Counted from the first letter of the stretch, positions 47,634 to 59,977 are shown. The stretch: 64,000 nt of DNA from Penicillus capitatus (GCA_965649825.1 OZ287694.1:1115197-1179196); one strand, 5' to 3'. Made by a program: numbers and translations. The notes: generated by a model not told the origin, from the sequence alone.

Positions 47634-48131
47634 AACAAAATCCGCGGCTGTCAAAAAATAGTGTCATTAAACTCATAATGTTCTTAATCACCGGCGGGCG
47701 CGCGAGGCCGATCGACGGCGGGGAGCGAGCGATGCCGATCGACGGAATTCTATCCAAAAGAGTCAAGATTTTCTGAATGCAAACTAATGTTGATGGAGAC
47801 GGGGGCTCCTTGTTTTTAATTGCCTTCCTGTCAAACAATCAAGGTAGTGGTCGAGGTGTGACACATCATCCGTCTTCATCGTGTGTCCTTGCGCGCGATT
47901 CACACACGGATTGCCCAATGCACATCCATACAACCTTTCTTTGTCTTTCGAACGACAGCCAACGATAGACCTCGGTTAAAAGAAACAGGCGGCAGTTTCA
48001 TGGACGGAGGGCAGCATTGGACAGTGACACGCTGTCGTTGCGATCAAGTTGCTAGCGGTTCGTCGCTGCAGTGAGAGACGCGGAAACGAAAGAGAACAGA
48101 AGTTGTACACGGTTCGCAAAAAACATTTTGA

Positions 48132-49493
48132 CTAGTGCTGTGTCCACTGAATCGTCTTCAGATCCACGCCTTCTTGCGTGAACTCCCACAGCGGACTGAT
48201 CTCCCGCAGTTTGTTCACCTGACGACAGGTCAACTCAATTGCTCGATCGATCTCGGCCTCTGTCGTAAAACGACCAATTCCAAATCTCAGCGACGTATGG
48301 GCCATCTCCTCATCCACTCCCAGAGCACGCAGAACGTATGATGGTTCCAAACTGGCACTTGTACAGGCGCTGCCACTCGAAATAGCAATGTCCTTCAATC
48401 CCATGATCAAGCTCTCTCCTTCCACGCAGGCGAAGGAGAGATTAATGTTGCCGGGATAACGATGTGTGATATCTTCGGCGCCGTTAAGCACAACGGACTG
48501 AAGCTGACGCATGATGCCATCTTTCAATCGTTGGCCCAACCTTTCCACATGTCGTCTGTCGTTTTCCATCTCTTCCATCGCCACTTCACATGCCTTGCCA
48601 AATCCCACAACCAAAGGAGTCGGTACTGTTCCAGAACGCAGACCTCGTTCCTGCCCACCTCCATTCATCTGAGGCTCCAGTCGGACACGAGGGCGACGAC
48701 GAACGTAAAGGGCACCGATCCCTTTGGGTCCATAGAGTTTGTGTCCACTGATGGACATCAGATCGATGCCCATCGCATTGACATCGATCGGCACTTTACC
48801 CACTCCTTGCGCAGCATCTGTGTGCAAAAAGACTTTCTTCTCTTTGCACAGCTTCGAAATCTCATGTATCGGTTGGATCACACCAATCTCGTTGTTTACC
48901 ATCATCACACTCACCAGAGCCGTATCTGGTCTCAGTGCTTTCTCCACCTCCTTCAGATCGACCAGTCCGTTGCTTCGGACAGGGAGATAGGTCACTTCAA
49001 ATCCTTGCTCCTGTAGATGGCGACAGGAATCCAACACACATTTGTGCTCCGTCTGTGTCGTCAATACATGACGCTTCTTCTCTTTATAAAAATTGGCGAT
49101 GCCCTTGATGGCCACGTTATTGGATTCCGTTGCCCCAGATGTGAAAACAATCTCCTTTGGATCCGCGCCGATGAGTCGTGCCACCTGGCCTCGGGCTTGT
49201 TCCATGGCTGTTTCGCTCTCCCAGCCATAGAAATGCGAACGCGAGTGAGGGTTGCCAAACTGTTCCGTAAAATACGGCAGCATAGCATCGAGGACCCGTG
49301 GGTCAACAGGTGTCGTCGACTGCATGTCGAGAAACAGTGGCATGCCTTTGAGACGGACACCTTTCACTTCTACGGTCTCTTCTGGCTGCACTAGAGAGGC
49401 AAGACCGCGACGGCGTGTCTCTGAGGTCGACGTTGCAGCGCAGACGCAACGGAGTGCCGCATAGGAACGGCGACGCAAAACGGATAACAGCAT
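48132..49493 (-). CDS. NFS1: Mitochondrial cysteine desulfurase, intronless
   Basis: [41 protein letters not shown] (PLP lysine), SSGSACTS, C-terminal IQWTQH. Confidence 0.97.
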   Translation of the reverse strand: MLLSVLRRRSYAALRCVCAATSTSETRRRGLASLVQPEETVEVKGVRLKGMPLFLDMQSTTPVDPRVLDAMLPYFTEQFGNPHSRSHFYGWESETAMEQARGQVARLIGADPKEIVFTSGATESNNVAIKGIANFYKEKKRHVLTTQTEHKCVLDSCRHLQEQGFEVTYLPVRSNGLVDLKEVEKALRPDTALVSVMMVNNEIGVIQPIHEISKLCKEKKVFLHTDAAQGVGKVPIDVNAMGIDLMSISGHKLYGPKGIGALYVRRRPRVRLEPQMNGGGQERGLRSGTVPTPLVVGFGKACEVAMEEMENDRRHVERLGQRLKDGIMRQLQSVVLNGAEDITHRYPGNINLSFACVEGESLIMGLKDIAISSGSACTSASLEPSYVLRALGVDEEMAHTSLRFGIGRFTTEAEIDRAIELTCRQVNKLREISPLWEFTQEGVDLKTIQWTQH

Positions 49494-49507
49494 CCTTCCC
49501 GATGTGG

Positions 49508-49933
49508 TCAAATCGCTGTCATTATCTTTTTTCTTTCAGATCGTACAGCATCTCCGATGGCGCATACGAAATCGAGTCGTGCGAAACCGACTGTAAAGCA
49601 ATGCGACATTGACGACAAGCCTCTCGTGTTCGGAACTTTCGCCTCTCCTCCCAAAAAGACGCGACCAACTGACGTTAATGGCGACTCGGGTAACCGATCA
49701 TGTCGACAGAGGAAGGCCAATTCGTAAGCTGCGGTGTTGTAGATAACGAGAGCGGACACAGTTTGAGTTGCGGGAAGAATATTCGTCGCATGGTGATGAT
49801 GCGCGATGACGACAGCCCGCTGCGTCTGGTCAGGGATGTTGCACCAGGCGGACATCGTAACGTCGTGACCGATGGACAACGACGCGATGCGACGAAAGAG
49901 AACACGATGACGCAAGAGCCGCCGCAATTCCAT
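49508..49933 (-). CDS. Hypothetical 141-aa protein with an Arg-rich N-terminus (alternative ATG at 50089)
   Basis: Open frame [20 protein letters not shown]... resembling an organellar presequence; fills the RPL31-NFS1 gap; no family recognised. Confidence 0.4.
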   Translation of the reverse strand: MELRRLLRHRVLFRRIASLSIGHDVTMSAWCNIPDQTQRAVVIAHHHHATNILPATQTVSALVIYNTAAYELAFLCRHDRLPESPLTSVGRVFLGGEAKVPNTRGLSSMSHCFTVGFARLDFVCAIGDAVRSERKKIMTAI

Positions 49934-50151
49934 CCCTTTCAGTCGAACGCTTTGACACGAGTGATCGAGAAATGGCGAAAGACATATGTCGATCGAGTGC
50001 CGCGACACCACTCCGATGATGATGTGACTTTTCGAAACCCAAAAAAGAGAAACCCTCGCTCTTAGACAACAACGATATGTATATTGCATCCAGTCTTTAC
50101 TTAAAGCGATGGGACAGATGAAGAAAGTGTATGAACAGAGTGAGAGATCTT

Positions 50152-50602
50152 CTACTCTTGTTCAATGATCTCAACCGATTTGCCTTTCGTTGTCTGATCT
50201 TCCGCCACCGTCACGTAGGCAAAGAACTTCTCCTACAAAGACAGTCCTTTCTGTGAGTCTCGCACAAATTAGAGTGTGACAGACGGCGGCGTCTTCATCA
50301 TCGTTTATTCTCCTCGAGATGTGAACACGGATGCGGTTTGGAATACTGCGAATTCCCTGTCGCATCAAAATTGAGTGGGAAAGAGTGAGAGGGGCTGCAT
50401 CTACCCGACTCCACACAGCCTTGTTCAGTTTGACATCGAGTCGGACATCCTTCGTGCACATCGCCCTTTCTGCAAACATGCGAATCTTCTTGATCGCTCT
50501 CGGCGCTTTCTTCTTGAATGCGGTTTTGTGGCAGAGTTTTTTCAGGTTGATGGTGTAGGCGCGTGTCACGGGCTCGCGCGTCGATTTTTTGCGATCGGCC
50601 AT
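50152..50602 (-). CDS. RPL31: 60S ribosomal protein L31, 3 exons
   Basis: VTRAYTINL...[14 protein letters not shown]...M.TKDVRLD..LNKAVWS|.GIR..P.RIRV; last exon EKFFAYVTV ends in TAG at 50152. Confidence 0.96.
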
Positions 50603-50672
50603 TGAAACGAAGGCGGCGACAACGACGAAATGTGTTCGATTGCAGTCATCAAGGTACCTCGAGTTTCAACGG

Positions 50673-51314
50673 ATGATCTCTCGGGCGAAGCTTTCTTCCT
50701 CCGGCGATGCCATTCGAGGCACGCCGCTTCGAAATCCGAGCAGTCCGCTACTCTCGGCCTCTCGGGTCGCTGAACCGATCATGAGTAGGGTTTCGTTTTT
50801 TCGAGTTAACGACCCTCGATCCTCATGTATGTATGTGTCCGTGGCTTATCGTAGTGAGTCGAAGGTGCGATTTGACGGGCAAGTCAGCAAATAATGGATA
50901 TAAACTGAGTTTCTCGCACAAACGAAACAAGCACAGACAGGAGGTGAATTTGCAAACTAAGAGGATCTACTGGGACAAGGGACAGCGCTGGGTGAAGCTG
51001 AAGATCTCGACACAGGTATGCACGTCCATATATGGCATTTGAGGTGAGATGACAAGCAGACGCTTCGGACGATGGAAAAGCTCGGCCTGGATAAAATGGC
51101 AAAGGATGCTGGGATCGATTTGTGGAAACTGCCATTTAAAGATGCCCGTCCAGAACGGCTTCAGTATAAGAAAGAGCATGCCAGAGAGGTACCGCTGCCA
51201 AAGCCAGGTCCATACGCCATAAAAAACCCCGAAAAGATTGCTGCATCTCGAAAGAAGCCTCTGAAAGGAATCTACCTGGAAGGTGGCCGAATTGAATGGA
51301 CACGAGATTATTGA
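50673..51314 (+). CDS. RPL28: Ribosomal protein bL28, probably plastid-targeted, with algal C-terminal extension
   Basis: SRRCDLTGKSANNGYKLSFSHKR...VNLQTKRIYW..GQRWVKLKIST|.ALRTMEK.GL; transit-peptide exon from 50673 is inferred. Confidence 0.9.
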
Positions 51315-51848
51315 CGGACGAGTTCGCTGTGGCATTCATTAAACAAAAAGAATTGTTGCATCATCTCACCACCCGTTCGTTTTTGCTGTTTGTTTGTACG
51401 CTGCTGCTGCTGTTGTAGTAGTTGTTTGGCTGATGCCTATACATAAAGAGAGTGAGAGAGATAATGATCCACCGATCCGTTCATCCAAATAATGTTTGTG
51501 TCATCGGCTAGACTGAAAGAATGCAGTTAGGCAGACAGACAGCAGACAGATAGACTGGGAGACTTGTCAAGATGCGATCACACACGGACGTTCGGGCGAA
51601 TCAATACCACACGCAATTAAGAAAGAACGGTTCTTGACGATCAAAGAAAATATAAAAAGTTGAACAATGCAAAATCTGAGCACTGCACGTACGCACACAG
51701 CAGAAACAAACAATCGATCATCTCCCGAAGATGATGATGTCTCCTTGAAAACCATGCCTCAACAAAAATTGCGCTGAACATCGCTCTCTCTCATTGTGTA
51801 TACTACAGAGAACGAGCTGCCTTGATAACAACAGCATCCTTCATCCGT

Positions 51849-53266
51849 TCATTTCTGATAGGTGCCCAACGTTCTCACTTGCTGTAGCATATCAGCTGGC
51901 AAGTCTGTGCGTTTCTCCCCCTGCAACAGACAAACAAACATACCGTCTAAATCAGAATCTCGCAGAGATGCGTGATGGATGTGCTGCTCACTTTCTTGTT
52001 CCTAGATTGAGTCTGTGTCATTTGAGCCAGACGGAGGAGATTCCTCCATTTGTCTTTGAGGTCGACTGGACTTCTACTTGCTAACTCTTTGAATTCCAGT
52101 CTTTTGATATCCGCCCAATGTCCCTCTCCACAGATCGACACGCCCTTAATCAACATCCGAGTCTCTTCTATACTCCATGGGTTATGTTGTTTTCTTCTCC
52201 TTGTGTGCAGACCACTCTCTCTTCTGTCCACGGCGAAATGGCTACTTCTCTTTCGCTTTGGATGATGGTGACGACGATGTCTTGAAAGATGACAAGATCT
52301 CTTGTTGTTGGCAGTACTGCTGTGACTATTGCGCTTGACGTCGACACGGACATCGGAATTTTCATTGCATGCGGTGGGTTTCTTTGCCTTGTGAATGCAA
52401 TGCTTGAAATTCTCGCTGTCCCCAATGTCATCGTCTTCATCTTTCTCATCATCCGTCGCTCCGCTGTGCGGCATCCAATTCACAAATTCATCGGTAAATT
52501 TCCCTACGGGATGGACACGTCTTCTGCAAGCTGAAGAGCGGCAAACAGGTGTCGTTCGTGTTTGCCTCTTGTTCGGCCTGCCAGATTGAGTCGATCGCAC
52601 GGGAAGTGCTAATTTCATTTCATGAACATGTCGATTGAAGACAAGCTCCCTTTCGAGAAAATCGCATCCCTCCATAGGACTCTGTCTTGTCAACGGTACT
52701 TGAGTGTCACTGCTATCACCCCGAAGACGCACACCGTTATCGGATGTCGCCTTTCTTTGCACGACGGTCTGGCACTCTTCTACACTTCCTACCTTTGTCA
52801 ATGCAGACATACTCGTGCCGCCACCGCTGCCACTGCGTCCAAGTACGGTCTCCTCGGATGCACTCCACTCGGAGGCCACGTTGAAGGAAGGACTGTCGCT
52901 TTCGATACCGCAAAGACTCTTCACCATTCCAGAAATTCTCTCTTCCTCTCCCTCGTCGTCATCGCCGTCTTCATCGTCCTCTACGAGTTCGAATTCAGAC
53001 TTTGGCCAGCTCTGGTATTCGGTCAAGGAATGATTGGTGCCCGTCATGAGAAACGGCGATGCGTTGTCGAAGCGGCGAATGTCTTCTGCTCCTCTCAGCA
53101 ATGGACTGGAGATTGAGGCATAGGGGTGATGTTTGATTTTGTTCGACTGCCCGGGATGGATCGGCCAACCGGCGTTGTAGTCTGGCAATCCGAAGCCAGG
53201 AACGGACAAGTCCGGTCGCGTCGACCAGCGCGCGACGGAAAGTGCCGGCCTAGAGCCCAGATACAT
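51849..53266 (-). CDS. Telomere-repeat-binding-like Myb (telobox) protein
   Basis: PWSIEETRMLIKGV...G.GHWADIK...RSPVDLKDKWRNL; inferred last exon GEKRTDLPADMLQQVR. Confidence 0.85.
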
Positions 53267-53456
53267 TGTCCTAGCTCTGCTGCGGCCAAAACAACGACGA
53301 CAAAGAATCAAAACAAACGCACGAAGCGCTGTGGCAGAGACAAGACGGAGTGGTGGTGGTAGTCGAGCGCTAAATGACCAAGCCTACAGTGACGTAGCCT
53401 TAGTGATGGTGACACACACGAACTAGGGTTTTGCACCACAGGCTAAGTTCTGGTCT

Positions 53457-54413
53457 CTAAATTGACAAAGCGATGACTGACGTGAGCCAGTTCGCGAATG
53501 GAAACGCGACCACGCGAAACGATGAAGTCTGCCACGCAGCGCATCTCGTCCTCAGAGATGTACACGTACTAGGCACAACAGCCCAAGTGCCCTTCCTCAG
53601 CACAGTTACAGCCTCCCATTTCAAGCATACCTTTCCGCGGTCGTCCATGACGCCTGTCAATCGCCCGGCTGCCTCGAGTGCCTCGATGCGATGAATCACT
53701 TCTTGTGTCTTGATACCGAACTCGACAGCCGTGTCCTCCAACACCACGATCTTACGAGACATGATCGCGTCCACAAACTGCTGCAATGCGTTCTAGGAGG
53801 AAGGGAGGGCGAGATGTGTGAGGCGTGTATGGGTTCGGTGGTGATGACCTCTTCGTCTGCTGCTTCTTCGTTTTCCCCTTGTTCTTCGACGGTAATGAAC
53901 TCTGCCCATTTGGCAGCTTCCTCTTCTTCACGCTGACGACGTTCCTCAGCTTTACGCAGTCTCTCTGCCGCTTCCATCTCTTCTTGGACTTCCCGTTCGG
54001 CATCGCGGGCGCGACGCTTCTCCTCGTACTCCTGTGATCAGATGCGATGTCCAATGAACGATTGGCCGTTGGGAAAGTACTTGAATGCGTCGCTGTCGAT
54101 CGCCTAAAACTTCGTCAGGCGGTGCCGCGGCCTCTGCGGGAACTTCGTCGTCTGAATCATCAAGGCGCGCCGCCTCTCGTCTTCTTTCACGAAATCGAGC
54201 ACGCCGTCCCTAAAAGAGAACTCATGACAACGGCGGAAGGTAGAGCGACCCACTTACGCGTTGTTGTTGTTGCTGTTGCGGAATACCCTGCCTCGGCGCC
54301 TCGCGGTTGACGGAGTCATCCTTAACACTCTTTAGAAAGAAAAGAAAATAAACAGAGGCTGCTAAGATGACCAGCAACGAAAAAGCAGAAAGCGCGATAC
54401 CCAGAACCGACAT
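53457..54413 (-). CDS. DDRGK1: DDRGK domain protein (UFMylation adaptor)
   Basis: N-terminal TM anchor, charged coiled coil, KIVVLEDTAVEFG..TQEVI.RI..LE..GRLTGVMDDRGK. Confidence 0.95.
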
Positions 54414-54443
54414 TTAAACAATCTCCCTCGACCGATTCTGCAC

Positions 54444-54874
54444 ATGCAAATACAACAACTCACCTTCGCGTCAGACATTCCTCGGGCGCGACATGGTACA
54501 ACACTGCCGCCTTCTCGGACGACATCGCGACAGGCAAGGTCAGTCGTCGGTTGAGAGTACAGGGTTGAAGGCGTCCGTTCTCTCAGGTGGAATGCCGTGC
54601 GAACAGTGGTCGCCATGAAAAGCGATCGCGACGGGTTCCGTGCGAAGTAAAGATCATTACCCCGCCGCCGAAGTCACTGGGTACCCATCGGCTGCCGCAC
54701 AACACGCATAATGGGGACAAGATCGAAGTGGATGGGGAATCCTATATCGTCGCCTCAGTCGTTCTAAAGTACAAGCGACACGGTGGCAGATACGTCAGAA
54801 ATCAGACACGGCTAAACGTCCAAAGTCTGCCTATGTACTTCATCACAACGCATCTCGAAAACATGATGTCCTGA
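54444..54874 (+). CDS. Small plastid-type protein resembling the N-terminal part of cyanobacterial DUF6464
   Basis: PCEV.I.TPPP.SLG...L...G..IEVDG.SY.V......Y....GRY.....L.VQS; transit-like first exon 54444-54533. Family call is from memory. Confidence 0.55.
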
Positions 54875-55068
54875 GTACCGAACGACGAGAAAGACATGAT
54901 GGCCATTCCAAAGCCAAACGCATGTTCGCTGTTCTTTCTTTAATCGTGGATCGTGTAAAGCGAATGAGAGATGTGCATCGCGTCGATTCGAAGACTCGTG
55001 GTATTGACGTGTCTGACCGTCACACGTCGGGATTCGTCATGGCACGCTGACGACTCTGTGATGCGGAC

Positions 55069-56577
55069 ATGACATCAGCATGTCTGGCGAGAACGAACAG
55101 ACGGAATGCGGATGCGAGACGTCGTTCCTCCGATGGCGACGTGACGCTCGGGAGGATGCACCACGTCTCATACCGTGAGCGTCGTGTATCCTCCGATTCC
55201 ATCTCTCCTTGCATTGTATCCAGGACAGATGGAGGGAAACTCGATTCGAGGTGCTTGGAATATCACCTACTGCAGTTCGACGCTTGGAAAAAGGATGATG
55301 AATCGGTCGCCGACGATGCTGCCTTCGTTGACGCGTCGGAGACTCGGCCAAATCGTCGCGATGTCGACAGCGCTCGTCCGAATCGTGGAAGCAAGACGTC
55401 ACGTAGATTCGAGGTGCGCTATTCGGCCCAGCGGTATGCCACGGATTCGAAGTGCTGTTGTTGTAGAGATGGAGGCATGAAAAACAAGAGGCGTTTCAGA
55501 AACTGCAAGCCGAGATGGACGATTTGAAAAAGGCCAATGCACAACTGCAAATCCGGCAGCAGACAATGGAGCAGCAGTCCGACAGCCTGCGAGCAGAAAT
55601 CTCGCAGCTGCGTTCCGATAAAGCCTCCGCCGTGCTGCACGCCAAAACCGTCGAAGAAGCGTCGGAAACGCGCGAAGCCGGGCGCATCGGTCTCGTCGCT
55701 GAACAGACTGAACAGCTAAGAGAGGTGTATGTGCGAGTCGATTGGGTCTCTTGGCAACATCTTTGGATCGTTATAGGCACTCGAAGAAGTGCGGACTCTT
55801 CGCGGAAGACTCGCTGAACTGGAGCGGCAGAATACGGCGCTGAAATTGCTGTACTGCGACGAAACGGAGCGTGTCACAAGACAGGAACACGATCGAAAGA
55901 AACTCGAGACGCAGCTGGACGAACTTCAAGTCTAGACGATAGCCTTCCTCCCTTGCAGCTCGATCCACGGATATCTGTAGAGGGAACTCCGAACGTGTCA
56001 ACAGCGCAGTTCAGCGTGGGAAGAGGCGATCGAGAGTCTTAAGAAAGAAAGAGACGACGCGCAAAGCAGATGTACAGAACTGCAGAAGGAAACAGCTTCC
56101 ATTCATGAAGAGCTAACACGCTGTCAAGGTATCCCTTTCGCTTGGGTACACAACGATGCATTCTGCATTTGACGCACAGACGGCCGGCAAAAGGATGTCG
56201 CGAAACTCAAAGCTGAGATTATGTCCTGTCAGAAACGCGAGATCGATAATCAGACGCTCTTGAGCGAGGCGCAGAGAGAACTGAACGAAACGCGATCGGC
56301 ATTGGAAGAAACTGCAGGCAGATCGGCGACGTTGCAGCATCAGATGGACTCCCTAACCGAGAACAACGCCTCACTGACCGCACAACTCGAGGTGCGTTAT
56401 GCACGTATGTACTGCAGAATGGAAGCTCTGATCTCGTCTTGTCAGGCGACAGAGAGTCATGTCCATTCCCTCGTTAAGCACATCAGTCAGGTGCAGAATG
56501 AAAATGCCGAGGTTAAGGCTGCCCTACGAGGCTCTGGGAGTCATCATTACGGTACCTTAACGCGAAAAGAAACCTGA
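55069..56577 (+). CDS. Coiled-coil protein of unknown function, multi-exon
   Basis: Heptad-rich exons (DDLKKANAQLQ..., RLAELERQNTALK..., QRELNETRSALEE...); ends uncertain. Confidence 0.6.
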
Positions 56578-57071
56578 ACCCTACTTGCGCAGAAATGTTA
56601 ACAGCGTCGCTTTGTGACAGCTTAAATGCGTGTTCAGACAGCGCTCGATGTCTTGCATAAACAATGTGCAGCTGGCTGTGTGGTCTATTTGAGTTTCTTT
56701 TTCGGTCTCAGTTGACTTGTGTGGCCACATTTTTTCTTGCGACAATTTGAGGCTCTCGAATGCATACGCGCATAGCACCTGAATACAGAGCAAACAGATG
56801 GAGGATGGTGTCTTCTTTGGGAGTGTCTCTACTTTCGGCAGATGAGTTTGTCTTGGTTGTACTTTCTGGCCAAGATTTGGAGAGATGGCTCGATGATGCC
56901 GCCCAACAGACGTCCTGTCAGGTGCAAGGTACAATCTGAACGCCGCCAACCAGCGTATCCTTATCAAATCTGTTTTTAATCAGAGACACTGTTATTACCC
57001 TTTTCGATCACATAGTCTGAAAGCACACTGTCCTCTTTCAGCACTCGACCAGCAAACGACAGACACTGATC

Positions 57072-57302
57072 ATGACTCGGAAGGCCTATGTGTCAACCAC
57101 AGCTTCGCAGTGTCCTATTGTCCTGCCGTCGGGGCGGACCTTCTCTGGTCTGAAGGAGTTCCTTTACGGAAGCGACACTTTGACTTGGGTCGACAGTGAT
57201 GGTATGGGTCTGTCCCTGAATGCCCCGCACGAAAACTTGCATCTTGTGACTTTGAATGCCGCGCTTTCACCGTGGATGAACGAACAAACACGCCGCCAGT
57301 AG
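57072..57302 (+). CDS. Small hypothetical ORF (76 aa) upstream of neurochondrin
   Basis: ATG to stop with normal composition; no family recognised. Confidence 0.3.
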   Translation: MTRKAYVSTTASQCPIVLPSGRTFSGLKEFLYGSDTLTWVDSDGMGLSLNAPHENLHLVTLNAALSPWMNEQTRRQ

Positions 57303-57351
57303 AATCCGTCCGATGGACGATGATGATAGACGAACAATTCATTCATTCAGG

Positions 57352-59487
57352 ATGCCGACGGGTACAGAATTCCAGCAGAACTTCGAGAGTTGCCTGTCTC
57401 TGCTCCGATGCCCATCCGACGAACGCAAGTAGGCGACAATCATTAGTCTATCTCTGCGGAACACTTGGCGATCCTATAGATTCGCTGGATTGCTCATCGC
57501 GAGCAAACTTCTCACACAGTGTGATGAGGTGGCATTGGAACGTTTGCTCGAAGCTGTTGGGCCGCATTTCGTCGAGAGAATGCTTTACCCGCTCAATTCA
57601 GGTGTGTTCGATGGCAATCGTCGATGCAGATGTGTGAGCACGTGCACAGACTTCGTGCAGCGAGAAGGGTCGGAGATCGAGATGAAGGTCGCTATGATCG
57701 GACTCGCCTTTTCCCTTATGAATGCTGTCTGCATTCCCTCCATCGTCGCCAAACATGGAGAAGCGTTTCAGCTCTTTCTTCACTACAGTTGCAAAGTGTG
57801 TATAATCTGCTTCAGCAGCGAACATCGTGATGCTGGTGGATAGTTATGGGAGAAAAGAAGAAGCTTCTGCGAAGCTGCGTGCGAACTGGGATTCAAACCC
57901 GAAGTCTGTCGATTTGAGAAAACACATAGCGAAAAGCGTTTTGGATTCAGATGCTGCACGAGATTTTTGGAGATTCTCTGGAATTCATGATCGCCTTTCT
58001 TAAGGACACTGGCAATACCGATCTGCTGGAACCGCAACAGATTTCAAAGTGCATCGGCGCGGCACGGTTCGCTCTGCAAGTACAAGAGCATCTTGTTGAG
58101 TGATGACTAAGTGCTTTACTTTTCGATGAATCAGTGCTCCGAACACAGCATTCCAGCTATGGACCTGTGCCATACCCTCCTTTGTGAAGCAGCATGGATG
58201 AAGAGATTATTGACAGGTCGCTGTCATCTCATCATGATCCTCGTTATTGCAGCTGCTTGTCCAGAGTGTCCAGATGACATCTTGGATCTCTTGCAGCTCT
58301 TGTCGCAGTTTCTTGTCATAGAGAAGAGTGAGATGCAGAAAGGAAAGGAAGCCGTCACATCAAGGGAAGACCGAGCAAAGCTACAGCTTCAGGCTTTAAG
58401 CACACTCGTCTCCATTCTTTCGACATCGGAGGTTTAGCCAACGCCTTCTGCCCCTTCACTATCACACTTCTTTCTAGACGATTGTTGCAGATGCGTTTGA
58501 ACGAGATGCTAAACAAGATCCACCTCGGCATCGTTCGTTTTGCAGGAATGTTCGCAGAGGAGTCCATCAAATGCTGTCTAGCAAAAGCAGTCCTGTTCAG
58601 ATGCACTCCATATTCTGTCTTCTCCATTCTACCATCAGCGTTCTTGACGTGACAACTGTTTTTGGAAGCTCTGCTTGCGTGGAGTCCATTCCCAAAGATG
58701 AAAACCATCGACGGGAGAGCATACTGTTGGAAAATGAAGATTGGCAGCTCTTTCATCTTTGCACCACACGGGCACAGGTGGAACTGAGTTTGTTGCTGCA
58801 AGATGTTCAGCACCCTGACGAAAGAATCACCAGATCAGAGGTATGTCGCTCTGGTGATCTGAATCAACAATCATGTAGTGTCATCCAAAGGGTCGTCTGC
58901 TCAATGCCGCAGAATCGTCCTCTCCTGGGCCACGAAGCCAACCCGCTGGAGAAACGGCATTGTGTTTTCATACAAGCGGCGAACGAGCGCTGTCGCTGTT
59001 GCCGATCTATCTGATGCTGTTCGAAGCGTTCATCGATCTGCTTGTACAGACAGAGAGCTCAAACCCGGCGCTGGATGGTGTTTTCGCCGATGTGGACGAA
59101 GCTGTGCTGCACCTGATGCTGTTTATGAAGGATCTCTCCGAGTCCAATGGCACCGCATTCACGAATCGGAACGCCGATCTCGTTGTCGGTTGCATACGAC
59201 TCATTGGCAGATACTTGGCAGAAGTGCCAATAGCACACCAGGATATCACAAAGGAGCTCATGCCTTTCATGATCTCCTACGCCAAAGGAGAAGCTGTGCC
59301 CTTCCTCATTCCTGCCCTCTACCAACTCACCGGTAACAAACACCCTGCAATCCTCTGAGAAACGAACCGCCCTCTGCCAATGACAGATGTCGAGCAAGAT
59401 GGACACGAGGAATGGGAAAAGATGTCCAGCGATGCAACCGTCGCTTCGTTTCTGGCCCCTTATTTCGATCAACTCCACATCGGGTAA
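57352..59487 (+). CDS. NCDN: Neurochondrin-like ARM-repeat protein, multi-exon
   Basis: Spliced N-terminus FESCLSLLRCPSDERK|FAGLLIASKLL...AVGPHFVERML; later VGCIRLIGRYLAE...FLIPAL. The 3' end may instead be 59533. Confidence 0.75.
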
Positions 59488-59599
59488 AATGAACATTCTT
59501 CTGTCCTGTCACATCACAAGGCATGGAAGCTAAAGGCTTAACAGAGAACAACAACATCGTTTATGTCCTCTTTCTTGACACTCCTTTTGAGCATCTGTT

Positions 59600-59977
59600 C
59601 TATTTTGGATTTCTCAGAACGAGAATAACAGAATCCCCTCTCAAGAACAGCTTGCTGATAAAACGCTCTCGGTTAACAGGCTGCGCTCCTTTTTTCCCTT
59701 TCCCTGTCTTGGGAATCTAATATCCCAGTTTGAGACTGGTCACACTTGTCAGTCACACAAATCTCACCTCTGTCCAGAGCTCCTTCACATTTTCTAAGAT
59801 CATGTTCATGTGCCGGTCAAATGCTTTGACATGGGCCAAGAGCTTTCGATTGTTGCGCAGATTGATCAGCACTTGAGAATTGGATTTCACCGATGTGGTC
59901 AGAACCGAAAGCGGTCCCGTGCGAAACTCGGTTTCTTCCTGTTTCTCTTTTTCATCGATCTCCATCGCCGTCGCCAT
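59600..59977 (-). CDS. SMD2: Small nuclear ribonucleoprotein Sm D2, 2 exons
   Basis: [46 protein letters not shown]|IPKTGKGKK...[24 protein letters not shown]. Confidence 0.97.

Larger units (their letters stand above)
44520..47750 (-). mobile_element. Copy 2 of the unclassified cassette; 3' end at 44520, 5' end not defined
   Basis: 44520-46213 matches 1-1754 in inverted orientation. Upstream lie the full ORF, TATA box and repeat array. The 47750 boundary is a guess from the loss of repeat structure. Confidence 0.65.

Noticed and set aside
48132-48134. Non-standard genetic code (TAA/TAG = Gln, as in some ulvophytes)
   Set aside because: Conserved proteins (NFS1, RPL31, SmD2, Nudix) end at TAG or TAA at their expected C-termini and contain no in-frame TAR codons.
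51385-51430. CTG/GTT/GTA short repeats and scattered TTAGG/TAGGG as satellite or telomeric DNA
   Set aside because: Too short and irregular; ordinary low-complexity UTR sequence.
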